Positions 27,781-42,700 are shown, counted from the first letter of the stretch. The stretch: 64,000 nt of DNA from Eledone cirrhosa (GCA_964016885.1 OZ024743.1:358236001-358300000); one strand, 5' to 3'. Program-made: numbers and translations. The notes: generated by a model from the letters alone, not told the origin.

Positions 27781-28335
27781 TATTAGTTTCGTAATTAGTG
27801 TATTGGTTGTGGTCGAGGTCTAAATCTGTGCTGTGATTTGGAGATGAGAATCGAGAGATAGCAATGTCTAACCTCTCTATAATTTCTGAAAGATAGGTTT
27901 ATATCTTTTTGTTTGTTTTTGTTTTTATTATATTTTAGATTCTGAGAATGTTATGGTTTTTGGTGTGAATAGTTGGAGACGTTGAAGAATGCACTGATTC
28001 CTTGAGGCTATAGAGGTTTTAGGTATATGTTTGTAATTGTGTCTGACGCCGATATTTTGTAGGGGTGGTGAGGTGGATAATTACACTATATTGTATGTTA
28101 TTGTTACTATTGTAGTATATACAGATGAATGCCAGTTTTATGTTTTTGTAATGTTTATTTATTTATTATATTTTGTTGTTTTCTTTTTTATTTGATGCTG
28201 GGTATTTTTTTAATAGTATGAAAATGTTATATTAATAGTATGAAATTATATTATTTAGTTCAATAATTAATCATATATAATATAAAAATAATATTTTAAA
28301 ATAGTTCAATATACAGGGTAAACTGTTGCTGTTGT

Positions 28336-28367
<32 letters not shown>

Positions 28368-28549
28368 CTGCTCCTACGGTGTCTAGTCTATGTTCTCCAG
28401 AAGAAGAATGGGTGGGTGGTTAGTGCTACTGTGTGCAATTGAGATCTTGTTATTGAGATCAGTTTATCTAGCTCTCTCTGGATCAAAACTTCCACCACTG
28501 CCCTTGAACAGCTTTGTTGGATGGATCTCTTCACATCCTGGATTGTATC

Positions 28550-28685
<136 letters not shown>

Positions 28686-29989
28686 TTCTAGCTATCTATT
28701 AGATATCTAGATATCTATCTTGATTTTTATCAAGATTTAGTGGAAAATAAAACAGAAACCAACGTAACCCAAACAGCAAGAGAAGTAGAATGATTTTGGT
28801 GGAGCAAAATGGACAAAGAAGGAATCCCTGTGGTCGAGATTCATCGAAGCTTAAAGAAACGTAGGAGGCCATAATAACAGAAGAAGTAGCAAGCAATTGG
28901 AAGGCACCATGAAATGATATGAATAAATAAATATCTTGAAAACAAAGCAACCTGTTTCTGGAGAAGCAGAAAGGATGCTGCTATGTTTCGTATGTGTGTA
29001 AAGAGAAATTACTAATCCACAAATGCATAAGCGAATACTGTAGAAGCAGAAAGTAGAATCTAAGCATGACATGGATTGACTACCCGGGGTATTTGAACAG
29101 TGCTCTCACATTTGGAACATAGCAGTATGAGCCATGTGTAAGGGAAGATCAATAATAAGTACATATTTTAAACGCGTCATGAGTAAATTGCAAACAATTC
29201 TTCAAAAAGTTAATTGAGATATATTACCAGGATATTCCTTCTCTACAGTCCTTTTGTGAATGGCGTCAACACCTTTAAACAAGATCTTTAAACCTGACTG
29301 AACTCGGATTCAAATATTATGAAATGACAATAAACCATCATTTCTATATGTACGACTTTAAATGGCATGTTGCAGATGATAACAACTAGGAACACTGCTG
29401 CAGACAGTACACGGATTTACCAGAGTATTTGTTATAAGATTCGGATTAGAAACACGATTCAAGGCTTCCTTGAAGAGAGGAAATTATGTAATGCCATGTT
29501 AGATAAAGAAGCACTGATACGAGAATTAAACCAAACACAAACTTATAAATTCTAAGGAATCAAGTAACTAGGCAGATTACAACACACACACAACACACAT
29601 AATTACAGACACACGCACACATACACACACGCGCGTGCACGCGTAAGAGAAAGTTTCCAAAATGAATGGAAGCATTTTAAAACATTTGTTTTCACCATCT
29701 ATTTTGTTTCTTTTTGGCATATTTTTAATTGAATTCTATTAATGCTAAATACAAAATTCTAGAAACTCTTTCATAGATAGTAACATTTGTTTATGACAGA
29801 CATATAAAATTCTGTACACATATATCATAATTATTTCATTACATGTAAGCCCTATGGCCAAACTTAAATCATTCAAACAATCGGTTTAACATTGACCAGC
29901 AGTCTTATGTGTAATGAATATCTGCACTTTACTTTCATTACAATATTAAATAACAAGTTGAATAGTTGTTTTACTTATCATGTAACTAG

Positions 29990-30096
29990 TAACACACACA
30001 CTCACGCACACACACATACTCTCACACACACACACATACACATATATATATATATGCATATATACGCCTATATATGTACATGCATATATATGTAAA

Positions 30097-30195
<99 letters not shown>

Positions 30196-30285
30196 ATAGA
30201 TATAGATATAGATATATGTACATATATCTGCGTTTGTATATACATATATACACATGTATATGCACACACAGAGAGAGATATACAA
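29990..30285. repeat. (CA)n/(TA)n/(TG)n microsatellite cluster
   Basis: Direct reading. Confidence 0.95.
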
Positions 30286-31885
30286 AGGGGGGAAAAGATA
30301 TATAGTTGTGTCCATACCATCTATTTGTCACTTTTATTATTAAACGTTATGAAAGATTCATTCGTTTCCAAATCCTAATTTTGTATGAGACAACTAACTT
30401 GACTACGCGTTTAGGTAGACGTTTAAAGATTTGTGGTTTCATGTTGATATTTGCAAATGACGTGGAATAAGGAAACAAACTAAGAATTAAAAACATAAAA
30501 AAAAAGATATATCAAAAATAAAGTTAATAAAAGAGCAAATGACATAACAAATAAAGAAAACGAGATGGCAAATGATTTATATATCTTACGCTTTTTTCTG
30601 CACCTGCACAGTATTTCTCAAGAAATAATTTGCTCTGGGGATGTTAATCCTGACATTTATACAATACAATCTTCATACTACCTCTTCTATCTATTTCTGT
30701 TGATATCGAAAACAAAAGTAAAACTAGTTTTAGCATGCAGGTGTATTTGATAATACCTGTTACGTCTCTTATATGATGTCTTCTGTCATTGAAAGATACG
30801 AAGTTATTTGTAAAATATATTTTCGCTGTCAACACATATTGGTCTTTGATCGATGTTTTCAGTAATGTTCTTAGCACTCTACATGTCTGTTTTGAAGCAT
30901 CTTTAACGTTGGTTCGGCAGGTGCTGTGTTTTAAGAACTGACTGTCTTTTATGACACCTGCATGCTTTGTTATGGAAATATTAACAGCATGGCAGATCTA
31001 TCAATTAGTTGCTATAAAGTAAGATTTATTTCCTAAGTATTCTGCGATTAAACAGTACACACATTTACACATATCAATACACGTACACATACACACATAC
31101 GCGCGCGTGTGCTCACACACATGCACACATACGGACATGTTTGCATGCACTATACCACATATATGTACGACTATAGAAAATACATTTCGTAATGAGAAAA
31201 GGACATCACAATTTTTAATAACAAGTAAATTAATGTTTTGTGTATATTCTTTCTTCTCATTGTCGTTGATAATAAATAACATGACGAGTAATGGGTAGGC
31301 GGAAAGGGTGGTGCTATGTTTTACAGGTTCGTCTCTCTATATTTCGGGTTCAAATCCCAAAGCAGATTGTCGCCTGATGAATTTAGTCCCCTTAGTGCCG
31401 GTATAATAGATGAGTTTTAATTTTAATTTTATGTAATGAAGTAACTGTATTTTGTGCTTTTTTGTGGGAGGTTGGGTGTTAGTTTAGATTTGTTTTATTT
31501 AGTTGTTGGGTAAGGTTGTGTAACGGGAATATATATATATATTGCACACAGTTACATAAGGCAAAGGACAGCTGCATCTCTACCTCGTCAGCCACCTTGC
31601 TGGCAGTGTAGTTTGGTACATTAAGGCAATACTGCACATGTGATGGCAGTTTACATAACAGACAAGATGACCAGTCTGTTGGAGAGATGCATGTGATACA
31701 ACAACAAACAAAGAAAGGACTGGAAAATCCACGGTTGACTTTCGACAAAAGGAGAAATAAATACATTAACAAAATTATGAGTAGAAATGAATGGACAACA
31801 GACAGTGCAACAAGAGAAATTAAAACAGGAGAAAATTGACGTATTTATCTGTCCTTTTGTAACTGTGTGCATTTTCTGCTAATAT

Positions 31886-32277
31886 TCGGTGAATTAGCAG
31901 TATCGGTAGAGGGTTGGACGCCATGCTTTCTAGCATAGTTACGTCCCTTTACAGTCTCAGTTCAAATCCCGCCGAGGTTAACTTTGCCTTTCATCCTTAC
32001 GGCGTCGATAAAATAAAGTACCAGTAATGTACTGGGTAATTTGCTGGCCTTGTGCCTAAAGTAGAAACAATTATATTTATATCTAGCGGTGGATTGGCAG
32101 TATCGGTAGATGGTCGGACGCCATGCTTTGACGCATAGAGTTACGGCTCTTGCCATTCTGAGTTCAAATCCCTCTGAGGTTAACTTTGCCTTTCATCCTT
32201 ACGGGGTCGATAAAATAAAGTACCAGTAATGCACTGGATAATTGCTGGCCTTGTGCCTAAAAGTAGAAACAATTATA
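31886..32277 (+). mobile_element. Two tandem tRNA-derived SINE copies (about 31886-32075 and 32086-32277)
   Basis: Both match the family. ATTATATTTATATCTA follows each copy. Confidence 0.9.
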
Positions 32278-32356
32278 TTTATATCTACGCCAACACACAT
32301 TTACTTTGATAAACCTACATTTGTTTGTATTCGAGTGATCCCTTCCTTTATTTCTC

Positions 32357-32409
<53 letters not shown>

Positions 32410-32733
32410 GCGTCGTGTGTGTATGTTCCTTTCTCCTCCACTCCTTCCTTATTTCTCACACTATCTCTCGCCTGACTCTCTTCCCTACCTCGAGGTCATT
32501 CATTTGGCCTTTTAGCCTGGAACTCTGGTAAGCGACGGCCATACTTTTTTCCTTCTCATCGACGAAAGTCAATTTTCCCCTACTCCTAGCGTCTCGTATT
32601 GCACATATACATGCACTGTCTGTTGTCCATTTATTTTTAGTCATAATTTTTTACATATTTATCTCTCCTTGTCAAAAGACAACCGTAAATTCTCCTGTCC
32701 TTTGTTTGTTTGTTATTATTATTACTATATATT

Positions 32734-32819
32734 TTCATCCTTACGGGGTCGATAAAATAAAGTACCAGTAATGTACTGGGTAATTGCTGGCCTTGTGCCT
32801 AAAGTAGAAACAATTATTA
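32734..32819 (+). mobile_element. 5'-truncated SINE
   Basis: 3' half of the family. TSD ATTATTATTACTATATAT. Confidence 0.85.
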
Positions 32820-33987
32820 TTACTATATATACATTACGATATATATGTATATATCGTGAGTGATATTTAATACTGTTTCTTTTATAAGTGTATCGATTGT
32901 CTCCTTATACTGTTGAAATTATATTTACGTAGTCTCTGTATTTGGGCACAATGCAAGTCCTGCTTGGGGTGTATAGGTTGCGGATCAAAGAGGGGCTAAA
33001 GGTAGTATTATCAAGTGTGTGTTAATAGAAGTAACGACAAGTATTGTTGTTACTGCGTTTAATGTAGAGTTTAAGAGTCATAATGAACCAGAGTTGACAG
33101 AAGTAATTGATATGACACTATAGACGTCACTGGTGACCACTGAGGTGGCGAGGCTACTAAAGGGGATTTTTTAAATCCTGAAAATTAATGCGATAGGTCA
33201 ATAGATGTCAGAATCAGATGGTTTATCCTTCTTGAGAACACTGGACTAGATCTTTGTAGAGAGAAGAAGATTATAGAGTCTGGAGAGACATTTTTGGCGA
33301 TGTTGCAGGAACCTTCAGAGGTACTATGGTTTGTGTGTAGTGGGATGGATGATTCACGAAGTTTGTAAACACCCATCTGGCAAAAGATTCAGAATGTTCA
33401 GCTGTAATAGGAATAACTACACAATTTGCTTTTCTGATCGTAGCCATGCAGCTGGTGGTATGTAAAATTCTCTCTAATGGCGGTAGTTTGTAATACCCTC
33501 TTGGTATTGTAGTCAGAGTTCTTCAATGCAGCTGTGTATGAACCACTTAGAGTTTTAAGATACATGGACTTTAGTTGTGGTGAAATATGTGAACAGATTC
33601 ATTAAGTGGGGTGGTTATTAACTGATGTTTTGGAAGTAAAGTACATTAGATTCCAGAGATAGTGGGCATAAATTCTACAGATACCGTAAAGGCTTATTTC
33701 CTCGATATAGCAAACTTCATACCACTTCCACACAGATTTACCTGATGTATCTGTGCATCCCACATTTGTTATCCCTACTTTATACAACTATTTTCAAACT
33801 CCGCACTAAACATTTTCCCAAGTCTTCCTTAAAATAGCAGCCTTTTGCAACTCATCTCCACCCATATTATTCAAGAGAATCAACTTACAGAAGCTCAAAC
33901 TGAACCCCAATCCCTTCGATATTATCAATCTGAGAGACTATGCAAAGATCATTGGCACCACCTTCGATCATATAATAGTATTATCAA

Positions 33988-34124
33988 GGCACCATTTTTT
34001 GCAGCATAGAGTTATGGCCCTTTGCGTTCTGACTTCAAATCCCGCCGAGGTTAACTTTGCCTTTCATCCTTACGGGGTCGATAAGATAATTGCTGGCCTT
34101 GCGCCAATAGTAGAAACAATTATT
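33988..34124 (+). mobile_element. Truncated, internally deleted SINE
   Basis: Family match. Confidence 0.8.
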
Positions 34125-34799
34125 AAGGCACTCTAAAACTCATTTCTCAATACTCCTAACATTTTTCTCAAAAAGAAAAAAAAAGCGTTTTAAACTAAAC
34201 TGTGGTGAGTATTGTAGAATAGGAACTTCCCAGTGAACCCTGTTCTCGACAAGGTTTCGATTTCAATGGTAATCACTTCACTTTACTTCAACCATTTCAC
34301 TTTACTTGTGACACTTAGCTTATTTCTTATTTTTTGTTTCTCCTAAAATATAAAGCCTTTTGTATGTTAGTAGCAAACTAATATGTTACGAAACCAATAA
34401 AACATATTGCTACTTTATGAATCTGTCAGTTGTAAATTATTTGAGAAATATCTTTATACAATGTTAGATAATTAATTATCTTACGAAAATAATGATAAAA
34501 TAAAAAGTTTAAATAATTATGTTTTTTGTTACGTAAATAATATTTCATTCCTTTGTGTTTGCGTCATTTGAAAATAGACAATAAAATAAGTGAAGATAAC
34601 TTTGTTTTTATTATGTTACAAAACAGAAGTATTGTGTAAATTACAAAGAAATTTATCAAAAGCTTGTTATACAAAGCTGAGACTGCCAAGTATCATGTCT
34701 ACGAACTACTTAAATATGAACTACAAACACTGAAAATCTTCGACAAAATTCTTTAAAGAAAAGAAATCAAGAGAAAATAATTTATCTAAAGACAAATAA

Positions 34800-36250
34800 A
34801 CTACTAACAGGTAAACCTCTCCAAATTCGTTGTATTCTATCATTGAAAACAAAATAGGTATACATCTTGGAATAAATATTGGTACAATCATGTTGCCGTT
34901 GTAACTCCAGCTCGGAATATAGGTTTATAAAGCAAAATGTTCCAGCCTTGAAAACCAAGCCTTTTCTTCAAACATAGGATCACATTCTCTAGTAATATGT
35001 AATTTCTAGCAAATTGAGAGGCCGCGTGGATGTTCCCTCATTATTTTGTGTTTCTATAATGTAAAATATGGTTGTATCGTAATATCCCTGGATAGTTGTG
35101 CAGACATCTAATTTTAGGGAACAAATCTGTCATCAGAGAAATACGTGTGTCTTTCTTACATGGTTACTTTAGCCATTAGGTCATGTAAAGATTCCATCTA
35201 CTATATACGATATCATAAAAAGAGACTTCAACATAGTCGACACAGATATCAAGGAAATAAAGGAACTACAACAACCACAAAGGGTATAGGCTATTGACAG
35301 GTACATACCGGGATAACAGCTTGTCTGTAATAATTGTTTCTACTTTTGGCACAAGGCCAGAAATACCCAGTACATTACTGGTACTTTATTTTATCGAGCC
35401 CCGTAGGGATGAAAGGCAAAGTTAACCTCGGCGGGATTTGAACTCAGATCGTAAAGGGACGTAACTCTATGCTAGAAAGCATGTCCAACCCTCTACCGAT
35501 ACTGCCAATTCACCGCCCTGTCTGTAATAATGCTGTTCATTTTGTCAGTGAACCTCTTTTCAGACCTTTTGAGGAAAAGCCAAAGCTACATGCTAGGATC
35601 TGTGGAGGAGAGAAAAACTAAATTCACCCACATCATTATTTTGTCAATGACCTTAAACTGTATTGGGCTAAGATTCATGACATCATGAAACAGAGTCGGT
35701 CACAACATTCTCACACGATATAAGAATAGAGTTTGGTTAGGATAAGAATTCATATTTGTTAATCACTCGAGGAAGAATTATTGACCAGATGAGGAAAATG
35801 TATATCAATGGCATGTCGCTCTACCCTGTTTCTAATCACTAATGCTACAAATATCTCAAAATTGATGAGAATACTGCATACATTGAAACTACGAATAAAG
35901 CTAGAGTAACAAAGGAATGCTTCAACAGACTTCGAAAGGTATGGAAGTCAGATCTGGCCACATTTAATAAGACCATAATCTATAACGCTTTTGCAATGTC
36001 GGTGGTAGTACCAACATTTGCAATAATATAATAAACAGTTAAAGAGACCCGAAACTTAGATATTAAGACTAGGATGGTACTAGCAACAACTGGTAAACGT
36101 CACTTCCAAAGTAACAGGATCTATGGAGGCAGAAGCACGTGGTTGATCTCAACGGCATTTCAATGCCGCAATGTATGACTTAAACAACACCTACTGAACA
36201 GTAACAGGAGAAATAAGTACATCACATATGTACTTAAATAGTGAAAGGAA
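34800..36250 (+). mobile_element. Decayed R4/Dong-like (RLE-type) non-LTR RT remnant, interrupted by a SINE
   Basis: Hand translation gives SLSVIMLFILSVNL, HYFVNDLKLY (FVDDLKLY-like) and KYLKIDE...RVTKECFNRLRKVWKSDL...NK...NAFA...LDIKTR. The left boundary is approximate. Confidence 0.65.
35330..35518 (-). mobile_element. tRNA-derived SINE, full length
   Basis: Family match. TSD TGTCTGTAATAAT. Confidence 0.9.
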
Positions 36251-36833
36251 TAACATCTGGTGTACTGCATTGCAAGGGGGTATTTATGCAGTCGCAAGGA
36301 AACCTCTACGTAGTCACAAGGGAACTATTGCGTAATAACCAGAGTGGTTCTACTTAGTAATCAGGTAGACTCTACTGGATTATTAGGTTGTATTTATGTG
36401 AAGACCCTACCAGGAAACCCCTGTCTAATTAGCAGGGAGCTCTCACAAGGTATTAGTTAACCCACGAAGACACATGTTCGAGGTACCAAGTAGTGGGAAG
36501 AAACCTGAAACCACGTAGTTGCGAAGTAAGCTCATTAAACACACTGCAATATCTGTTCAGTGATCAAGCTTATGGGCCATCCGGAACGGAGAGGACACTC
36601 AGTAGAGATTTTACCGAATATCTATACCAACTCCGGATCTAACATAATCTGCTGTACGGTCTTCCTTGTGTCTGTAACACTTTACATATATGTATTATTT
36701 ATAGTAACGAGGTTATAGGAAGTATATTCAATATATTCTCGGTTGTTCCCATAACTCACTCAAATGAAATGCGGCTGGGCATGGCCTGAATGACTCTGAT
36801 CAAAGACATCCCATATATATATATGGGGGGGGG

Positions 36834-37646
<813 letters not shown>

Positions 37647-38361
37647 AATGAGTTATATGGTTTGTTGATTATTCAACAAAGTTAATTTTATAACAGAATA
37701 GAAGCACTCTACAGATTTTATCTGGAGTATTATTAATATTAATAATATTAATAAATGGAAAATATCTTTATAAAACCATATTTATTTTATTATACGTATT
37801 TCAAGGGTACTGATATTTAAGTACGCTTTCGTCAAATAAAATATAATAATTGATGTTAAGATAGTGACATATCTTCACGTGAACTTAATGGTATAAGTCC
37901 AGTGAGGATAGTGAATAGAAAGGTTCATCACTCAAGGGATATATGCTAATGAGGATAACGTTAAAACTGAAAAAAGCCGTTAAGTTTAGACGCTAGATAA
38001 TTTTAAATACTTATTTAAATTTTTTAAGGGTTTGTTATTATAGGTTGAAAAATTATTGTAGAGTTATTTTAGAGTTAGTTATAGAAATATACATATATAC
38101 ACCCAAAGATATATACATTGGTTTAGAAAGAATGACATAATTATACTTATTTATTTATTTAATTTTTTAATATATATTTTAAGGATATGGATGTGTTTAT
38201 AATATTTAGATGAGAATTATAAGGTATTGTATTAAATTATAAACTATTAATTCATTAAAGCAATTACAACAATATATGTGAATGAAATATACACTGCATT
38301 TGCATATACGAGTGTATTTATTTTTTTGCATATATTTTAATATTATGAATGTAGTTATACA

Positions 38362-38960
38362 GGGCGGTGGATTGGCAGTATCGGTGGAGGGTCGGACGCC
38401 ATGCTTTCCAGCATAGTTACGTCCATTTACGATCTGAGTTCAAATCCCGCCGAGGTTGACTTTGCCTTTCATCCTTACGGGGTCGATTAAATAAAGTACC
38501 AGTAATGCACTGGGTAATTGCTGGCCTTGTGCCTAAAGTAGAAACAATTATGAATGTAGTTATAAATATAATGTATTGTAGTATATTATAAAACATTATT
38601 ATAAATGAGTGGTCAGCATAGAGTTGCGGCCCTTTATGATCTGAGTTCAAATCCCGCCGTGGTTAACTTTGCCTTTCATCCTTATGGGGTCGATAAAATA
38701 AAGTACCAGTAATGTACTGGTTAATTGCTGGCCTTGTGCCAAAAGTAGAAACAATTATTATAAATGAGCGTGGATTGGCAGTATCGGTAGATGGTCGGAC
38801 GCCATGCTTTGACGCATAGAGTTACGGCCCTTGCCATTTTGAGTTCAAATCCCGCCGAGGTTAACTTTGCCTTTCAGCCTTACGGGGTCGATAAAATAAA
38901 GTACCAGTAATGCACTGGGTAATTGGTGGCCTTGTGCCAAAAAGTAAAAACAATTATTAT
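38362..38960 (+). mobile_element. Three tandem SINE copies (about 38362-38550, 38615-38760, 38768-38960)
   Basis: Family matches. TSD ATTATGAATGTAGTTATA flanks the first copy, and ATTATTATAAATGAG occurs three times around the second and third. Confidence 0.9.
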
Positions 38961-39248
38961 AAATGAGCGTAGGATAGATCAAGTAATAATATATATGTAT
39001 TTTATACATATACTTTAAGAATGTGAAAGTAATTATATTTTTTAAGTAAAAATGTATCGTATTATGGTATAATCTATTATTGCATATGGTTAGTAATATA
39101 ATATTTAAACATTTATGCAAGTTGAAATGTCTCGTATATGTGAATTATTAGCAAAGAAATTTGGGGGGAGATAACTCTGTTTAGTAACTTAAAGAGTATT
39201 TACGATAGATATTTAATAATATATTGTTTCATCTAATGTTTAACCTAA

Positions 39249-39357
39249 TAATTGTTTCTACTTTTGGCACAAGGCCAGCAATTACCCAGTGTATTACTGG
39301 TACTTTATTTTATCGACCCTGTAAGGATGAAAGGCAAAGTTAACCTCGGCGGGATTT
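39249..39357 (-). mobile_element. 5'-truncated SINE
   Basis: Family match. TSD TAACCTAATAAT. Confidence 0.85.
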
Positions 39358-40122
39358 AACCTAATAATGAATTATAATTTATATTATAATATAAGTAAAT
39401 AGTTCATATAAGATTTCAGAGCACCATATAGTAAATATGGTTTTGATAATATTTGTTTACATTGTATAAGAAATATTTCTATGTATAAATTTAAAAACAT
39501 TTAAAAACAATTAAAAATAATTAAAAATATATTGTAAATAGGCAACTTATATAGACCATAGTGTAGTAGGTTCTATAAATTATAAATATTGTGAAATGTT
39601 CTGGAGAATCGATGCAAACAAGAATTAAATATTTCCTTTTTTTTTTTAATATTACCAGGATTGGTAATTATATGAAAGATTTCTTCAATACAGAGATGAC
39701 AAATTCTTGAGAGTGCCATATTTTGGTAAACCGGCGCATTCGATATTTTTCTCCAAGAGATTGAGTAGTCAGTGTTATTATCATTTAAAGACCAAATTAA
39801 TTGTGATAGTGAGGTTGAGACATATGAGTTCCTGAAAGGGTCTCCAAGCCATCGTGTTTACTGGAGTAAGGTGCTGGATTTCATCTGAGGATACTGTTCT
39901 CATAACAACAACAAATGCATGAAAGACTTCTTGATTGCATGGGAGAACCGTTGAAATAATAATAATTATTAAATGATTTATATAACACCAGCATTTTTAT
40001 TTTTGTTACTTTTATACTAATCTCCATCGTAACTACAAACTACTAATGTTGAGAGCTTTCTCCTACTTGCTCCCCTTTTTATCAGAACAATCTCTTTGGA
40101 ACATATATATATATATATATAT

Positions 40123-40492
40123 AAAGAGTTAGTATATCTACCAACATATGTATACAGATGCATACCCATGCTAGCAAATATATATGTTTTGTCTTAGTAA
40201 CTTTGTGGTTCTATGCAAGGGGATGCAGAACAATTATATGAAAGACGTAAATAAGAAAGTTATGAAAATTGACTTACGTACTAAAATTTCACTCCAACTA
40301 ATTAGTTTCTGTAAGGGGATAAATATGGTTACGGAGCGTTTCCATAGAGAAGCCTTATGTCATCAGGGAGTCTATGACGTAAGGCTTCTCTATGGATACG
40401 CTCCGTAACCATATTTATCCCCTTACAGAAACTAATTAGTTGGAGTGAAATTTTAGTAAGTAAGTCAATTTTCATAACTTTCTTATTTACTC

Positions 40493-40500
<8 letters not shown>
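40123..40500. mobile_element. (TA)n-flanked fold-back (about 127-bp arms plus a one-sided tail), probable Penelope-like relic
   Basis: About 40235-40363 is the reverse complement of about 40374-40500. The minus strand at the apex reads CTGATGA-CATAAGGCTTCTCTATG-GAAAC, giving both hammerhead core boxes, but stem I is not evident. Confidence 0.7.
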
Positions 40501-40554
<54 letters not shown>

Positions 40555-40856
40555 CCATATAGATATTATGCTAATTGCTGCAGCCATTGGGGTGCAATGC
40601 AAATTTTCACCAAAGAAATACCCCCACTTACGTAGTTTAATCACCTCCGGGGATATTGTATAGGCGGGAGCAGTCACAGTTTCCCGGTCACCTGTCCTGT
40701 GTTGGAATGTTATCAGTGCCAGTGGGTGAGGTTTTGGTCTTGCCTTTCGTTGCTGGATTAAAAAGTCACACCCGTGTACATGAAACTTTGAGGTAACGTT
40801 GAGAGGCTATCATCTGAAAGAATGAAAAAATCATCACGTATATATATATATATGTA

Positions 40857-41760
40857 TTCTTCTTCTTCTTCTTCTTCTTCTTCTTCTTCTTCTTCTTCTT
40901 CTTCTTCTTCTTCTTCTTCTTCGCCCACTTATTCCTGAAAGTATCGTGAGGCCAGAGACAGCCAAGCTCATGGATGTTATCCAGCCATCTTGCGCGGTGT
41001 CTACCCCTGAGTCTCTTGACCTTAAAATCCGTCCAAAGATTATTTCCTGAGACGTTCTAAACATGCCTATAGTATCAGAGCTGTGATCTCTCAATTTGGA
41101 GAAGTAGCGGCTCTATTTGAAGTGATTTTCTGATATCCAGGCTATGCACTCTATCGAGTAGCGTTACACCAAATACACTTCAGAGAAACCCCATTTTAGC
41201 CGCTTATAATCGCGATCGTCTTCTTTCGGTCATTACCCAAGATTCATGACCACAGGTAAGTATTGACCCGAATACCGAATTGAAGATAGTGATTTTGGCT
41301 TTTAGACCTACCTCCATTCTTCTGATTACCGAATGTTGAAGCTGGCACATTACTGTACAAGCTCCAGCAAATCTTGCACTTAATTCAGCTTCCTGTCTTC
41401 CATCACTCGTGAACACGGCCCCCAGGTACTTGAACTTCTCCACCTGCTTCAGTGGAACTCCATTCATATGTAGAGTGCACTGCGTAGGTTCCTTGAGAGG
41501 ATGAGTGTCTGTTTTCGCAGCCCTGATTTTCATCCCAGCTATGCATCACTCGGCATCAAACCTATCAAGTGCAAGTTGGAGATCACCTTCTGTCGAAATA
41601 AGTAACACCATGCCGTCTGCAAATTCCAGCCGATTGATTTTAAACCCGCCAGTCGTGATACTACTTCCAACCCGACTGTGCATGTCAATCCTGTTCCTGA
41701 AAATAATGAACAGGAGAGGTGACGGTACGCACTCTTGGCGGTGTCCGACTCCCACTTTCA
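40857..41760 (-). mobile_element. RTE-clade LINE (Rex3/Expander-like), 5'-truncated, (GAA)n tail
   Basis: GHRQECVPSPLLF, LEFADG, QVEKFKYLGAVFTSDG, GHESWVMTER. Homologous to 510-1391. Confidence 0.85.
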
Positions 41761-41889
41761 ATGTATGTATGTATGTATGTATGTATGTATGTATGTATGT
41801 ATGTATGTATGTATGTATGTATGCATGCATGTATGTATGTATGTATCTATGTATGTATGTATGTATCTATGTATGTATGTATATATATT

Positions 41890-42583
41890 TTGGAAAGCTC
41901 TATGTGTGACAGTATAGAAGCTCTTGTGCTTAAGCAGCGACTCCGTTGGAGTGGTCACCTTGCCAGGATGAAGGATTCTAGAATACCAAAACAACTCTTC
42001 TATGGAGAGTTGGTTAAAGGAAAACGACCGCCACATAAACCAAAAAAGAGGTATAAGGATTCCTTGAAGGCCTCTCTGAAAGACGCTAACATCTCTGCTG
42101 ATACATGGGAAAATATTGCTGCTGATCGTAATAAATGGAGAAAGACTGTATATGAGGGAAAAGTTGCCTTTGAGGCATCTCGAATCGCACACGAGAAAGT
42201 AAAGCGGGACGTGAGGAAGGGTATTGCTGTTGCACTTCCAGACGGCGAGGGTCCTCCTATGTTTCTGACATGCAGCGTCTGTGCGAGACTCTGCCTAAGC
42301 AAAGCTGGACTCGAAAGTCATCTTCGCAGTCATAAAGTAAGACCAGTGGTTGACTACCAGGCTGCTGTTGGAGATGCTACTCATCATGCTTGCCAAACAT
42401 GTGGTAGAGAATGTAAATCAGCAGGAGGACTCAAGCGACATGCAAAAGTACACGAACTCCAACCACAGCCGACTATTCCCAGTAAATGTTTTGGTTGCCG
42501 ACTCTGTGCAAGACATTTTAGATCATTGGCTGGGCTAAAAAGCCACATTCGATCGCAGCACTGTTAGTTGCTATCGTGTGTTT

Positions 42584-42621
<38 letters not shown>

Positions 42622-42700
42622 GCTTATGTGCGTGCGTGTGTGTGTATATATATATGAATATGTATATTATTATTGTTGTTGTCGTTATTATTATTATTGC

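Larger units (their letters stand above)
26350..28110 (-). mobile_element. Heavily decayed LINE (RT remnant, clade uncertain), interrupted by two MITEs
   Basis: ORF 27218-27421 YGIPQRSVL...LFIHNLP...LYADNLT matches RT domains GVPQGSVL and YADD. Boundaries are approximate. Confidence 0.6.

Noticed and set aside
32900-33790. Possible additional decayed LINE on the minus strand
   Set aside because: Composition is suggestive, but I could not read a diagnostic motif.
41719-42567. Host C2H2 zinc-finger gene of 282 aa
   Set aside because: The N-terminus is read through (TATG)n, the middle is an RTE C-terminus, and the linkers are not TGEKP-type.
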